Below are positions 1-9,239 of a stretch of DNA of 64,000 nt, one piece after another. The stretch covers positions 19,559-83,558 of the forward strand of contig CAMVGU010000012.1 in NCBI GenBank assembly GCA_947167105.1, given 5' to 3'. A program made the position numbers and the translations under genes. How positions within the stretch are numbered: the first letter of the stretch is position 1; each line of letters opens with the position of its first letter. The notes under the pieces were generated by a model. That model was not told where the DNA came from. It ran no database searches and was given only the letters and a program-made list of their open reading frames with translations. The stretch is from an uncultured Selenomonas sp. GTDB taxonomy: Bacteria; Bacillota; Negativicutes; Selenomonadales; Selenomonadaceae.

Positions 1-180
1 ATTGCCGATGACGATGCCATGGTGCAGGAGTTCGAGAGGACACTGCGCTACCTTGGCACCGTTCAAGATATACTGAACAAACATCAGGCGCCAGCCACGC
101 CGTTCAGCCAGCTCAGTCCTGCACTCCTGCAAGAGGTCGAGGACGCGCTGGCCGCAGATTCGGCTGGGCAGGCGCACTAA
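1..180 (+). CDS. 3' end of an unidentified CDS (gene starts upstream of window)
   Basis: Frame 1 is open from base 1 to TAA at 178-180 (...QEVEDALAADSAGQAH*). No motif recognised. Confidence 0.3.
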   Translation: MADDDAMVQEFERTLRYLGTVQDILNKHQAPATPFSQLSPALLQEVEDALAADSAGQAH

Positions 181-199
181 CTTCAATGGAGGAATCTGC

Positions 200-1171
200 A
201 TGAAGAAAAGCGTAGAAATCCTGGGGCTCCCGGTCATCAGCATCACTGAAGGCCGTGAGCTGGGCATGAGCAAGACCTTGCTCATCGACGCCAAGAACGG
301 CCTCATCGCCGCCATAACCATCGAGGATGAGGACTGGTACCGCGGCGTCAAGCTGATACCCTATGAGTCCGTCATTGCCATCGGTGATGATGCAGTGACA
401 GTCACCAACAGCGAGAACATCCTGAAGCTGGACGATGCCGGCGACTACGAGGCCCTGCTGGACGAGAACATCCGCGTCATAGGCACCAAAGCCATCACGA
501 AGTCCGGTACCATCCAGGGCAAGATTACCGAGCTCTACATCGGCGACGATGGCAAGATTGAAAAATGCGAGATCACTTCCCCCGACGGCACCACCTCCGA
601 TGTGACCGCCGACCAGATCTCCATCTTCGGCAAGCAGGTCACAGTCATCGACCCCAACGGCACAGGCGCGGAAAAAAAAACTAAACCTGTAAGCATGCCT
701 GTCTCCCGGCCTGAGCCTGCCCCCGCAGCGGAAATACCGCCCCAGGAGCCTGAAGCTCCCAAGGCTGAGGAAGCCCCGCAGCCGGAGCCTGCGGCCCCCA
801 AGGCAGAGGCGGCTCCGGAGCCGAAGGCAGAAGCTCCTGCGGCAGAGCCGACGGCGGAAGCTCAGGAAGCGGCCCCCAAGGCAGAGGCCCAGGAGGCCGC
901 CCCCAAAGCAGAGCCTCCCAAGGCCGAAGCTCCTAAGCCTGCGCCGAAAAAAGAGGCGCCAAAACCGGCAGCAGATCCCAAACAGGCTGCCGCCGACAAG
1001 GCCACAGAGGAACGCCATCGCCGCTTCCTCCTGGGCAAGAAAGCCGCCCGCACCATCAAAATGGATAACGGCATCGTCATCGTCGAAGCCGGTGCGGACA
1101 TCACCGAGGAAGTGCTACAGAAGGCAAAGCTGGCCAACAAGTTCATCGAGCTGTCCATGAACGTGCAATAA
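200..1171 (+). CDS. PRC-barrel domain protein with Pro/Ala/Glu/Lys-rich linker
   Basis: 323-aa ORF with GGAGG 7 nt upstream of the ATG. Two N-terminal PRC-barrel-like segments (VEILGLPVISITEGRELG..., IRVIGTKAITKSGTIQGKI). A long PEPAPAAE/APKAEA low-complexity middle. A conserved-looking C-terminal ~50 aa. Confidence 0.7.
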   Translation: MKKSVEILGLPVISITEGRELGMSKTLLIDAKNGLIAAITIEDEDWYRGVKLIPYESVIAIGDDAVTVTNSENILKLDDAGDYEALLDENIRVIGTKAITKSGTIQGKITELYIGDDGKIEKCEITSPDGTTSDVTADQISIFGKQVTVIDPNGTGAEKKTKPVSMPVSRPEPAPAAEIPPQEPEAPKAEEAPQPEPAAPKAEAAPEPKAEAPAAEPTAEAQEAAPKAEAQEAAPKAEPPKAEAPKPAPKKEAPKPAADPKQAAADKATEERHRRFLLGKKAARTIKMDNGIVIVEAGADITEEVLQKAKLANKFIELSMNVQ

Positions 1172-1186
1172 AGGACTTGTAGCCAG

Positions 1187-1225
1187 AAAAGAAGCTCTCC
1201 CGAAAGATGGGAGAGCTTCTTTTTG
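1187..1225 (+). terminator. Rho-independent terminator between convergent genes (probably bidirectional)
   Basis: gaagctctccc (1191-1201) pairs with gggagagcttc (1209-1219), followed by ttttt. An A-run precedes the stem, so it can also serve the minus-strand gene ending at 1228. Confidence 0.8.
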
Positions 1226-1227
1226 CT

Positions 1228-2913
1228 TTATTCGGCCTCGGTCTGCCGCCTCACCTTCTCAATCAGGTCAAAGGCATGGACGAAGGCATCAACCACCACC
1301 GGGTCGAAGTGGGTGCCTTTCTCTTCCAGCATGATAAGGCCCCGTGCCTCCTCCGGCGTGAAGGCCCGCTTGTAGGGGCGTACCGTGGTCAGCGCATCGT
1401 AGACATCCGCTACAGCCATAATCCTGGCTGACAGAGGGATTTCCTGCTCCTTCAGGCCCTCCGGATAGCCGCGGCCGTTCCACCATTCATGGTGGTAGGC
1501 GGCCAGATCCTGGGCCATTTCCAGATATTCGCCTTCCCCCAGGCTCTCCCTGGCGCGGCGCACGATTTCCCGGCCCAGGGTGGTGTGCCGCTTCATGGCT
1601 GCGAATTCCTCGCTGGTCAGCTTGCCCGGCTTGCTCAGCACTGCATCCGGGATGCAGATCTTGCCTACATCATGCAGGGGCGCCGCCACCTGGATATCCC
1701 GGACGAAATCATCCGTAATGACATCGGTATACCGGCCCTCCTTCAGCAGCTGCAGCGCGATGATGCCTGCATAGGCCGAAGTACGCTTCACATGGGTGCC
1801 CGTGGTCACATCGCGGCTCTCGATGATATCTGCGATGGTGCTGATGATATTCGTGTGCAGTTGGCGGATCTCCTCAATCTTCAGGTTCAGGGCCGCCAGG
1901 TAATCCACCACATCGCTGGCCGTGACTGCCATCGCCGCCTGCAGGGTCTGCAGTTCGTCATGTGTCTCGATTCTCAGTCCCGTCACGGGCCCGGCATCCT
2001 CATACTTGCCATGCTGCTCCCCCCGGTCGCCCACGAAGTTGCGCATGGCATCCGTCATCTTCCTCACCGGCTCCACCAGTGTCCAGTCAATATAGCTGAC
2101 GGAAAAAGCCACTATGCAGATTTCCGCCCCCAGCATGGCGGAAAAGAGCCCGCCGCCAAAGGCGAGGGTATCCTTAAAGCCGCCCCAGCCGCCGGTGGCC
2201 TGGACAGCAAGTTCCAGCATATAGTAATGAGTGTGACAGGCCAGCAGAAAGACTGCCATGCCCGTGACTCCCGCCGAAGCCGTAATCAGCAGCACCATGC
2301 GGCGGCGCAGGGGTGACAGCTTCTTGCGGAAATGGGCAGCCTTCAGCTCCGGCCAGACCTGCCTCGCCAGCTGCACGGCAACCCAGGCCGCCGCCAGCAC
2401 CAGCGACTTATCCAGAGCCTCGATGCCACATCTGGCAATGATGCGCGCCAAAGGAAGCTCCACCCCCAGAAAGCTGCCCACCGCGCTTGCATAGGCAGCA
2501 ATCCCATCCTCATAGTAACCCAGACCGCTTAATAGCCAGGAAAAAATCTCCCCAAGCAGGCCGGTGAACAGCACGATCACCGGCACCAGCCGGAGCATAT
2601 CACTTAGGCGCGTAAAGCGTCCCTCGTCCGCTGCCCGTCCGGCCAGCCAGGCCATGATGACACAGAAAAGCCCCCAGTACAGCCACTCAGGGTCCTGGAA
2701 GGAATAAAAGAGATTGCCCAGATACCCCACCGCCATGCCCGGTATCACGCCCACCAGGGCTACCACGAAGAAAGTGCCTATATTGTCAAGGTAAAGCGGC
2801 ACACCCATCAGGCCGGGCAGTTGCGCCCCCAGAAGGTTCAGCAGCAGTCCCAGCAAAGTCAGCCCTGCCTTACGGCCAAAATAATCCCCGTGATAGTGAC
2901 TAAGCCCCAGCAA
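1228..2913 (-). CDS. Membrane-anchored HD-GYP domain protein (putative c-di-GMP phosphodiesterase)
   Basis: 561 aa. The N-terminal ~270 aa has multiple hydrophobic segments. The C-terminus carries HD...HDVGK and HHEWWNGRGYPEGL (HD-GYP signature). Confidence 0.85.
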   Translation of the reverse strand: MLGLSHYHGDYFGRKAGLTLLGLLLNLLGAQLPGLMGVPLYLDNIGTFFVVALVGVIPGMAVGYLGNLFYSFQDPEWLYWGLFCVIMAWLAGRAADEGRFTRLSDMLRLVPVIVLFTGLLGEIFSWLLSGLGYYEDGIAAYASAVGSFLGVELPLARIIARCGIEALDKSLVLAAAWVAVQLARQVWPELKAAHFRKKLSPLRRRMVLLITASAGVTGMAVFLLACHTHYYMLELAVQATGGWGGFKDTLAFGGGLFSAMLGAEICIVAFSVSYIDWTLVEPVRKMTDAMRNFVGDRGEQHGKYEDAGPVTGLRIETHDELQTLQAAMAVTASDVVDYLAALNLKIEEIRQLHTNIISTIADIIESRDVTTGTHVKRTSAYAGIIALQLLKEGRYTDVITDDFVRDIQVAAPLHDVGKICIPDAVLSKPGKLTSEEFAAMKRHTTLGREIVRRARESLGEGEYLEMAQDLAAYHHEWWNGRGYPEGLKEQEIPLSARIMAVADVYDALTTVRPYKRAFTPEEARGLIMLEEKGTHFDPVVVDAFVHAFDLIEKVRRQTEAE

Positions 2914-2949
2914 GCTATTCGCCCCCCTGCTATCTGTTCCAAGATGAAA

Positions 2950-4512
2950 TTACTCCTGCCGTGCATAGGCCGTCAGCGCCGAGGCCATCACGGAGAGGGG
3001 CAGCTGCCTTTCCACAGCCCCCATCAGCCAGGCGGCCCTGGGCATGCCGTAGACCACGGAAGTCCCCTCATCCTGGCCCAGAGTGTGGGCCCCCGCCTCG
3101 CGCATGGCCAAAAGCCCCGCTGCCCCGTCATCCCCCATGCCGGTAAGGATTAGCCCCAGGGCACGCTCCCGCAGCACCACAGCCGAGCGGAAGAGCACAT
3201 CCACGGAAGGGCAATGCCCGTTCACCGGTGCCCCGCTGGCACAGGACAGCAGCAGCATGCCTCCCAGCTTCTGCACCCGCACATGCTTATCTCCGGGAGC
3301 GATATAGGCGTGATTCGGCTCCAGTTGCATGCCCTCCTCTGCCTCGCACACCTCCAGGCGGCTTTCCGCGTTGAGCCTTTCCGCAAACAGCCGTGAGAAA
3401 TGGGGAGGTATGTGCTGCACCACCACGATGGGGGGCAGGGGCGGCATCAGCCCCTGAAAGACCTCTGCCAGGGCCTCCGTGCCGCCGGTGGAAGCGCCGA
3501 TAACGATGAGCCTGAGCCGCCCCGGAGCAGCCTGGGGCTCCAGGGGCAGGGCCGGGGCCTTGACCTTATCCCCGGCAGAGGGCGCCACCTCCTTGGGCAG
3601 CGCACTTACCTGCGGGACAGAGACGGGAGCGGGCTGCGCCGCCGGCCTTTGCCAGATGACCGTGCCTTTGGCCAGGCGCGGCTCATTCTCCTGCTCCGGC
3701 TTGCGGTAGACGGAAGGCTGGGCATAGCGGAAGGGAGCCATATCCGGCGCCACCGTCTCCGCATGTCCCACAAAGAGCCAGCCTCCCGGCACCAAACTGT
3801 CATAGAACTTGCGCACCAACTTGGCACGCCGCTCCCGGTCGAAATAGATCATCACATTGCGGCAGAAAATCACATGGAAGGGACGCTTGAAGGGAAAGAC
3901 CTCCGTCATCAGATTGAAGGGACGAAAGAGCACCGCCCGCCGGAGCTGCGGCACCACCTCCTGCACATCATCGGAAAGCCTGTGGAAATAAGCCTGCTGC
4001 CAGGAAGGCGGCAAGGCGGCCACCGCCTCCTTGGCGTAACGGCCCCGGGCAGCCTGCTCCAGCACTTCCCTGGAAACATCTGTGGCCAGAAGGGTCTTTT
4101 CCCACTCCCCCTTCAGGGAGAAATAATCCGCCAGCAGCATGGCCAGGGCATAGGCTTCCTCACCGGTGGAGGAAGCCGCGCACCAAACCCTGAGATCCCG
4201 GTCCGGAGCAGCCGCCTGCTCCAACCAGGGCAGGGTACGGTCCCGGAACAGCTCAAAATGATCCTTTTCCCGCAAGAAATAAGTATGATGGGTGGTAATG
4301 GCCTCCCCCAAGAGGCGCACCGCCTCGCCGGTGCGATCCTCCCGCACCCAGCGCAGGAAGCTCTCCGCATCCCGGAAAGGCCCTTCCCCGTTATGCTCAT
4401 TCTGGAGGCGCGCCAGTCTCGCTTCCAACAGGGCCTGCTTCTCGGAAGGCAGTTGGATGCCATAGACCTGCGCAACTATAGCCGCATAGGCGTGAAATGT
4501 TTTTTCGTCCAT
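2950..4512 (-). CDS. CheR methyltransferase - CheB methylesterase fusion protein (no receiver domain)
   Basis: The N-half has CheR motifs (VWCAASSTGEEAYALAMLL, IFCRNVMIYFD). The C-half has CheB esterase motifs (IGASTGGTEAL, HCPSVDVLF, LTGMGDDGA, VVYGMP). Start set at the ATG at 4512 (MDEKTFHAY), which has AGGAG upstream. The track ORF extends to 4608. Confidence 0.85.
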   Translation of the reverse strand: MDEKTFHAYAAIVAQVYGIQLPSEKQALLEARLARLQNEHNGEGPFRDAESFLRWVREDRTGEAVRLLGEAITTHHTYFLREKDHFELFRDRTLPWLEQAAAPDRDLRVWCAASSTGEEAYALAMLLADYFSLKGEWEKTLLATDVSREVLEQAARGRYAKEAVAALPPSWQQAYFHRLSDDVQEVVPQLRRAVLFRPFNLMTEVFPFKRPFHVIFCRNVMIYFDRERRAKLVRKFYDSLVPGGWLFVGHAETVAPDMAPFRYAQPSVYRKPEQENEPRLAKGTVIWQRPAAQPAPVSVPQVSALPKEVAPSAGDKVKAPALPLEPQAAPGRLRLIVIGASTGGTEALAEVFQGLMPPLPPIVVVQHIPPHFSRLFAERLNAESRLEVCEAEEGMQLEPNHAYIAPGDKHVRVQKLGGMLLLSCASGAPVNGHCPSVDVLFRSAVVLRERALGLILTGMGDDGAAGLLAMREAGAHTLGQDEGTSVVYGMPRAAWLMGAVERQLPLSVMASALTAYARQE

Positions 4513-4608
4513 GGCCTCGCTCCTATCTGTCCCGTCAGCACCATTCCCGGAATGTTTTCTACACTGAGTTCCTTTCTTCCTGCCTGCCGAAGGAAGGGGA
4601 AAAGCCAA

Positions 4609-6813
4609 TCAGCCGTAAAATTTCAAGCCCAGCATAGTGATGTCATCGGATTGCTCCGCCTTTCCTGCGAAGCCACCCACATCCTGCCGGACTGCGGCGA
4701 GGATATCTCTCACATTCTTTTCGCCATGCACATTCAGCGTTTCCTGCAAGCGCGCCTCCGAGTACATTTTCCTGTCCTCATTCATAGCCTCTGTCACACC
4801 GTCCGTATAGAGGAAAATCATCTCTCCCCGCTGAAGGACAAGGCGATGGGATTCATACGCCACATCCTCGTACACACCGAGCATGGAGTTTTTCTTCTTA
4901 TGCCGCAGATAATGGAAACTGCCGTTTTCCTGCACCAGGGGCGGATTATGCCCGCCATTGACATAGATGAGCTCGCCTGTTCCCAGGTCGAGCTGAGCCA
5001 AAAACACCGTGACGAACATCATTTCATCATTTTCCCTGCAAAGCTCCCGATTGGCCAGCGTCATGGCACCGGCCAAATCATCGGGCTCCCTTGCCATCAG
5101 CACCAGATTTTTCAGCGTGGTCTTGGCGCGCATCATGTAGAGAGCCGCAGGGATGCCCTTGCCGGACACATCGGCAATGGTGATAACCAGATGCCTTTCA
5201 TCCGTCAGGTAGAAATCGTAAAAGTCACCGCCCACACCCTTGACGGCATCCATGGACGCATAGATTTGAAATTCCCGGCGGCCTGTCATAAAATCCCTGG
5301 GCAGCGCCCCAAGCTGGATGTTTTTTGCCACGGAAAGCTCCGCTGCCGCTTTCTCCTTCTCTGCCGTCACCCTGGATAGATTAGCTATGTAGGCTTTCAG
5401 CTCATCCGTCATGTTATTGAAGCAGGCTGCCAGATGCTCTATTTCATCGCCGGTTTTTATCTCCAGTTTTTTATCAAGATTGCCGCCGGCAATTTCCCTT
5501 ACACCGTCGGTCATCTGCTTTATGGGCTTGACGAACCTGTCAGAAAGCCGTCCCGACAGGAAAAACATAATGACGAACATGACAAGCAGCGCCAGCAGGG
5601 CCATCTTCAACATGAAAAGATACTCACCCTGCAATTTTTCCTTGAAATTATCCATCTGCCCCATAAAATAATTTCGGCTTTCCTGGAGAGCTGAGGCAAT
5701 ATCATCCTGGGGCACCAGGATGCCAAGGCTCCAGCCCATGGTGGGTATGGGAGCAAAGGCCAGCATATACTCCCCGCCGTATATCGTGAGAGGCACCATG
5801 CCGCTTTCGCCCTCGGCCATCAGCCGGGCAGCCTGGGAAAGCCCCGGCACCTCGCAGTTCCTGAGGTCCTGGGGCTTGTCTGTCTCTGCCAGCACTCCCT
5901 CTTTCAGGGGCGAAAAGACAACCTTGCCTTCACTGGTCATAACAAAGTTAATGCCATTTTCCCCAACGGCAGTATCACGAATGTATTGCCGCAGACCCTC
6001 CGTAGCCATATCCAGGCTGGCTACCCCGGCAATGCCCTCCGAGTCATAATAGGGTGCAGAGCAGCTTATCACCTCCACGCCGCTATGTTCCTCTGTCAAA
6101 ATAGTGACATAAGGCAAGGAAAATACCGCTTTATTGGCCTTGACGGCATTTACATACCAGGGCCTGACACAGGGGTCATAGTCAAAGGCCGGATCATCAG
6201 AAACAGGGCTGTACTCGTCGCCGGGAAAGACACTGCTGCAAATCAGGAATCCGTATTTGCTGCCGAAATAAGTTGCCGAATAGCTGGCATTGCCATAGGT
6301 TTTTTCCATGGGAACCAGTGTTCCTGTGATATTGGCGGCAAGCTCCACTTCCTTCCGCACCGTTTCAATGCCACGCTTGCGCACCTCAGGGCTGTAGATG
6401 ATACAGGGCGCGGTGGGCGGGACTTTCCCGTTATAGGGGTCAAGGACGCTTCCCGGCAGGTAATTTTCCGGGTGCTTCTGCATCCAGGTCAAAGCCCCCG
6501 ACAGAATCAGCACATCGTGCTCCATCCGCGCCATCTCACGGTCAATATACCCGGCCTTCGACTTGACCAGTTCGGCCAGGGTGTCCTTGCTGGTCCTGTC
6601 TATATACCGCTTCGTATACTCCTCCCCCGCCTCCGAGAGCTGCGTCCCCATATCGGCTATGTCCTTGCGGACGAAGGTAATGCCATAAAAGGAAAGCCCG
6701 GCAAACACCAGGGCCGACAGCAGACTGCTCACGACCAGCAGGCGCAGCAAACGCTCCCTGATATTTGGCTGTCCATGCACTATTTTCCGTAAGACCCGCA
6801 GAAACGTTGCCAT
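4609..6813 (-). CDS. Sensor phosphatase: TM - Cache-like extracytoplasmic domain - TM - HAMP - PP2C/SpoIIE
   Basis: 734 aa. Two hydrophobic segments flank a ~330-aa extracytoplasmic region. HAMP-like segment (FVKPIKQMTDGVREIAGGNLDKKLEIKTGDEIEHL). PP2C/SpoIIE-type C-terminus (GGDFYDFY...IADVSGKGIPAALYM...LYTDGVTEA). Confidence 0.85.
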   Translation of the reverse strand: MATFLRVLRKIVHGQPNIRERLLRLLVVSSLLSALVFAGLSFYGITFVRKDIADMGTQLSEAGEEYTKRYIDRTSKDTLAELVKSKAGYIDREMARMEHDVLILSGALTWMQKHPENYLPGSVLDPYNGKVPPTAPCIIYSPEVRKRGIETVRKEVELAANITGTLVPMEKTYGNASYSATYFGSKYGFLICSSVFPGDEYSPVSDDPAFDYDPCVRPWYVNAVKANKAVFSLPYVTILTEEHSGVEVISCSAPYYDSEGIAGVASLDMATEGLRQYIRDTAVGENGINFVMTSEGKVVFSPLKEGVLAETDKPQDLRNCEVPGLSQAARLMAEGESGMVPLTIYGGEYMLAFAPIPTMGWSLGILVPQDDIASALQESRNYFMGQMDNFKEKLQGEYLFMLKMALLALLVMFVIMFFLSGRLSDRFVKPIKQMTDGVREIAGGNLDKKLEIKTGDEIEHLAACFNNMTDELKAYIANLSRVTAEKEKAAAELSVAKNIQLGALPRDFMTGRREFQIYASMDAVKGVGGDFYDFYLTDERHLVITIADVSGKGIPAALYMMRAKTTLKNLVLMAREPDDLAGAMTLANRELCRENDEMMFVTVFLAQLDLGTGELIYVNGGHNPPLVQENGSFHYLRHKKKNSMLGVYEDVAYESHRLVLQRGEMIFLYTDGVTEAMNEDRKMYSEARLQETLNVHGEKNVRDILAAVRQDVGGFAGKAEQSDDITMLGLKFYG

Positions 6814-7084
6814 AATCCAAACTCCCTTGCCCAGTGTCAGACTTGCACCCCTACCACACTCTCTGCATATACTCGCGGTTATGCTGTTCCATTTTTATAA
6901 CTTTCATTATCCGCGAGTATAATTCTACAGAATTGAACACAATTCCTGCCCACTGTGCCACAATCCTGGCTCCCAGACCAGGAAGCTGCTGAAGAAATCC
7001 GCAAGCCTCCTCCTTCAGCACACATTGAAAGAAGTGCGAATATATGCTAAAATCAAGGCAACAAAGCTGAAGGGAGTGCTGACC

Positions 7085-7639
7085 ATGCTTGATGCAATCG
7101 AAGCAAAATATGAGCTGATTAACGGCCAGGAAGTAATGATGTCGCCTGCCAATATCAGGCACAACATGGTTCAGGGAAATTTAATATTCATCATGGGCAG
7201 CTATCTGAAAGGCAAACACTGTGAGTTATTTTTCGGGGTCATGGTGCGCTTTGACGCCCTCAACCACTTCATCCCGGATCTGCTTATCGTCTGTGACCGT
7301 GATAAGATTAAGGCCAACTACATAGAAGGAGCACCGGACTTAGTCGTGGAAATCCTCTCCCCCTCCACCGGCAAGCGGGATGTGGGCTACAAGAAGAATG
7401 TCTATGAGCATTTCGGCGTGAGGGAGTACTGGATTGTCAATCCCAAGGATCTGTCCATCGAGGTCTATCACCTGAAGGAGGGAAGATTCGAGCTGGATGA
7501 CCGCTATACCGTCTGGGACGAGTGGGACGCGGAGCTCCTGAGCGAAAAGGAAAAGGCGGAGCACCGGCTGACCTTGAAAGTGTCACTGTATGATGATCTG
7601 GAAATCGAGGTCAAGGAGATCTTTGAGGATTTGGTATAG
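7085..7639 (+). CDS. Uma2-family (DUF820) putative endonuclease
   Basis: Family-typical pattern ...PDLLIVC...APDLVVEILSPST...D...K...Y...GVREYWIVNP. ATG at 7085 with GAAGGGAG upstream. The track ORF begins at a TTG at 7025. Confidence 0.75.
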   Translation: MLDAIEAKYELINGQEVMMSPANIRHNMVQGNLIFIMGSYLKGKHCELFFGVMVRFDALNHFIPDLLIVCDRDKIKANYIEGAPDLVVEILSPSTGKRDVGYKKNVYEHFGVREYWIVNPKDLSIEVYHLKEGRFELDDRYTVWDEWDAELLSEKEKAEHRLTLKVSLYDDLEIEVKEIFEDLV

Positions 7640-7680
7640 CTGCACAGTAAAGGCGATCGGTTCTGCTCGCATCGAGATAT

Positions 7681-7857
7681 TCAGTGGTTGCGTGCGGCAG
7701 TAGCCAGCAACACCGTGGCAACCACCAGCAGCAATGCGGCAAAGGTCAGAATGACTCCGATAAACTGTGGGTGTTTCCGGCGGGTCTTGCGGCCATGCCA
7801 CAGCAACAGGATTCCTATTGCTGCGAGAAGCAATGTGAGAGAAAAAGAGTCAATCAT
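7681..7857 (-). CDS. Small two-TM membrane protein (58 aa), absent from the ORF track
   Basis: My own translation: MIDSFSLTLLLAAIGILLLWHGRKTRRKHPQFIGVILTFAALLLVVATVLLATAARNH*. Strong RBS AAGGAGGGAG upstream of the ATG (7855-7857). Two hydrophobic helices are separated by a basic loop. Confidence 0.55.
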   Translation of the reverse strand: MIDSFSLTLLLAAIGILLLWHGRKTRRKHPQFIGVILTFAALLLVVATVLLATAARNH

Positions 7858-7893
7858 AATGGTCTGCTCCCTCCTTGCGAGTTTTAACAGGAC

Positions 7894-7947
7894 AGAAAAA
7901 AACAGGCTGCGAGGCTTTAAGTTAAGGCTCTGCAGCCTGTTTTTTAT
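7894..7947 (-). terminator. Hairpin terminator (bidirectional) downstream of the 7981-8865 gene
   Basis: aacaggctgc (7901-7910) pairs with gcagcctgtt (7932-7941), flanked by an A-run on one side and a T-run on the other. Confidence 0.6.
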
Positions 7948-7980
7948 CCAGCTTGGCGTTTTGTCACAGTAAGACGTTTC

Positions 7981-8865
7981 CTACTTTAAAAATTCCATAC
8001 CCTCTCCGGCGTTTTCCTTTTTGTCCTGCCAGGTCAGTGTACCGTTGCGGAGGGCGAAGATGCCTTCTCCGTCATTATACACCATCTTGTCCGATACACT
8101 GCCATCTTTGCTATAGGCATAATCTATGCGTGTCCCTTTGCCCCGGCTATTGCTGAAAAGGATGGCCGCATCGTTGTCATAGGTGCAGTGATAGACCCAC
8201 CGGCTGCCCTCGGCGGCACTGCTGGCCCATTGGATTTCCACGAGATACCCGGCACCTTCACGGCTCACTGTGGCGGTGTATCGGCCACAGCCCCAGGTGC
8301 CCAGGTAATCATCCGCCTTTACGCCCTTGCTGGTTTTATAGTAATCGTTGTCCCAACCACGGACAAAGTGCATGCTGCCATCCTGCCCAGCACGCAGATC
8401 CACCTGCGTCACCGCGCCTTCCTCTTTTGCAAAGGCCGCCCACAGTTTGCCTGCACTGGTGTAAGCGGAATACCAGGAGGATGCGGAACCGGCATCTTCG
8501 AGGGTCAGTCCTCCTTCTTCATAAAAAGAGTACCAAAGGGATTTTGAGCCATCCGGGTGCTCTTCCGGTGTCACCCTGACCGTACCAAAGGCTTTGCCTT
8601 CCGGGTAGACCAGCTCGTAGGTACCATCGGCACAAATTGTCAGGACTCTCGGCTCGGGGTCCCCTGCCTCACGCCAGACACCGGCGATGGGCTGGAGACT
8701 GCTCTCACTGGCGGTCAGCGATTGAGCCGCAACACTGACTGCGGCATGTGCGCGGTGAATAGCAAACTCAGTCCCGGCAAGGCCGCCCACAAGGCAAGCC
8801 GCCAGGCCGAGGGCCAGCGCCCTATGAGACTTTTGGCGCAAGGATTCACATATGGTCATTTGCAT
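7981..8865 (-). CDS. Secreted or cell-surface protein of unknown function
   Basis: Start set at the ATG at 8865 (MQMTICESLRQKSHRALALGLAACLVGGLAG...), preceded by GAGGAGGTT. Has a signal-peptide-like hydrophobic segment. The rest has no motif I recognise. Confidence 0.6.
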   Translation of the reverse strand: MQMTICESLRQKSHRALALGLAACLVGGLAGTEFAIHRAHAAVSVAAQSLTASESSLQPIAGVWREAGDPEPRVLTICADGTYELVYPEGKAFGTVRVTPEEHPDGSKSLWYSFYEEGGLTLEDAGSASSWYSAYTSAGKLWAAFAKEEGAVTQVDLRAGQDGSMHFVRGWDNDYYKTSKGVKADDYLGTWGCGRYTATVSREGAGYLVEIQWASSAAEGSRWVYHCTYDNDAAILFSNSRGKGTRIDYAYSKDGSVSDKMVYNDGEGIFALRNGTLTWQDKKENAGEGMEFLK

Positions 8866-9090
8866 AACCTCCTCTGTTTTGTCAAAATACGCTTCACCTT
8901 TGAGATTTTCGATTTCGCCAGTCACGCCGGTTGTGTCCCCCCTTGAAGTGGCAGCGACTTTTCCCATGGTCAAATCTAAAATAATACATATTGAATGTTT
9001 TGTCAATTAGATTGTCAATGATTATCAATCACCATTTTACAGATATAAGGGTCTGTTCTTCCGGGGTGCGTGCTTTTCTGCTCACGCTAA

Positions 9091-9133
9091 AACCTCCCAG
9101 GTGATGTTCCTGTTTTACATCACTTGGGAGGTT
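9091..9133 (-). terminator. Putative terminator of the MCP gene
   Basis: 16-bp inverted repeat: aacctcccaggtgatg / catcacttgggaggtt. On the minus strand it is followed by a short T-run only. Confidence 0.5.
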
Positions 9134-9239
9134 TACGCAAAACTCCTTGTCGCTGCGCCCTAAGGGACTGTAGACTTATAACCTAGACATCTTGCTGGTC
9201 TAGTTTATTTCGCTACAGTTCCCTACAGGATTTCTGCCC

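Noticed and set aside
113-1018. 301-aa minus-strand ORF opposite the PRC-barrel gene.
   Set aside because: It is the antisense reading of the repetitive Pro/Ala/Glu-coding tract. The Arg/Leu/Gly/Phe-rich product has no start context or motif.
3400-5379. 659-aa plus-strand ORF. Similar long ORFs: 12397-14319 (+, 640 aa), 19659-21026 (+, 455 aa), 37780-39225 (+, 481 aa), 9771-11009 (+, 412 aa), 14763-15992 (+, 409 aa).
   Set aside because: Each lies antisense to a gene with unmistakable family motifs (CheR-CheB/PP2C, CheA, HslU, the Cys-rich protein, MCP, histidine kinase). Their translations are Arg/Gly/His/Leu-rich low-complexity strings with no motifs, which is typical of shadow ORFs in GC-rich DNA.
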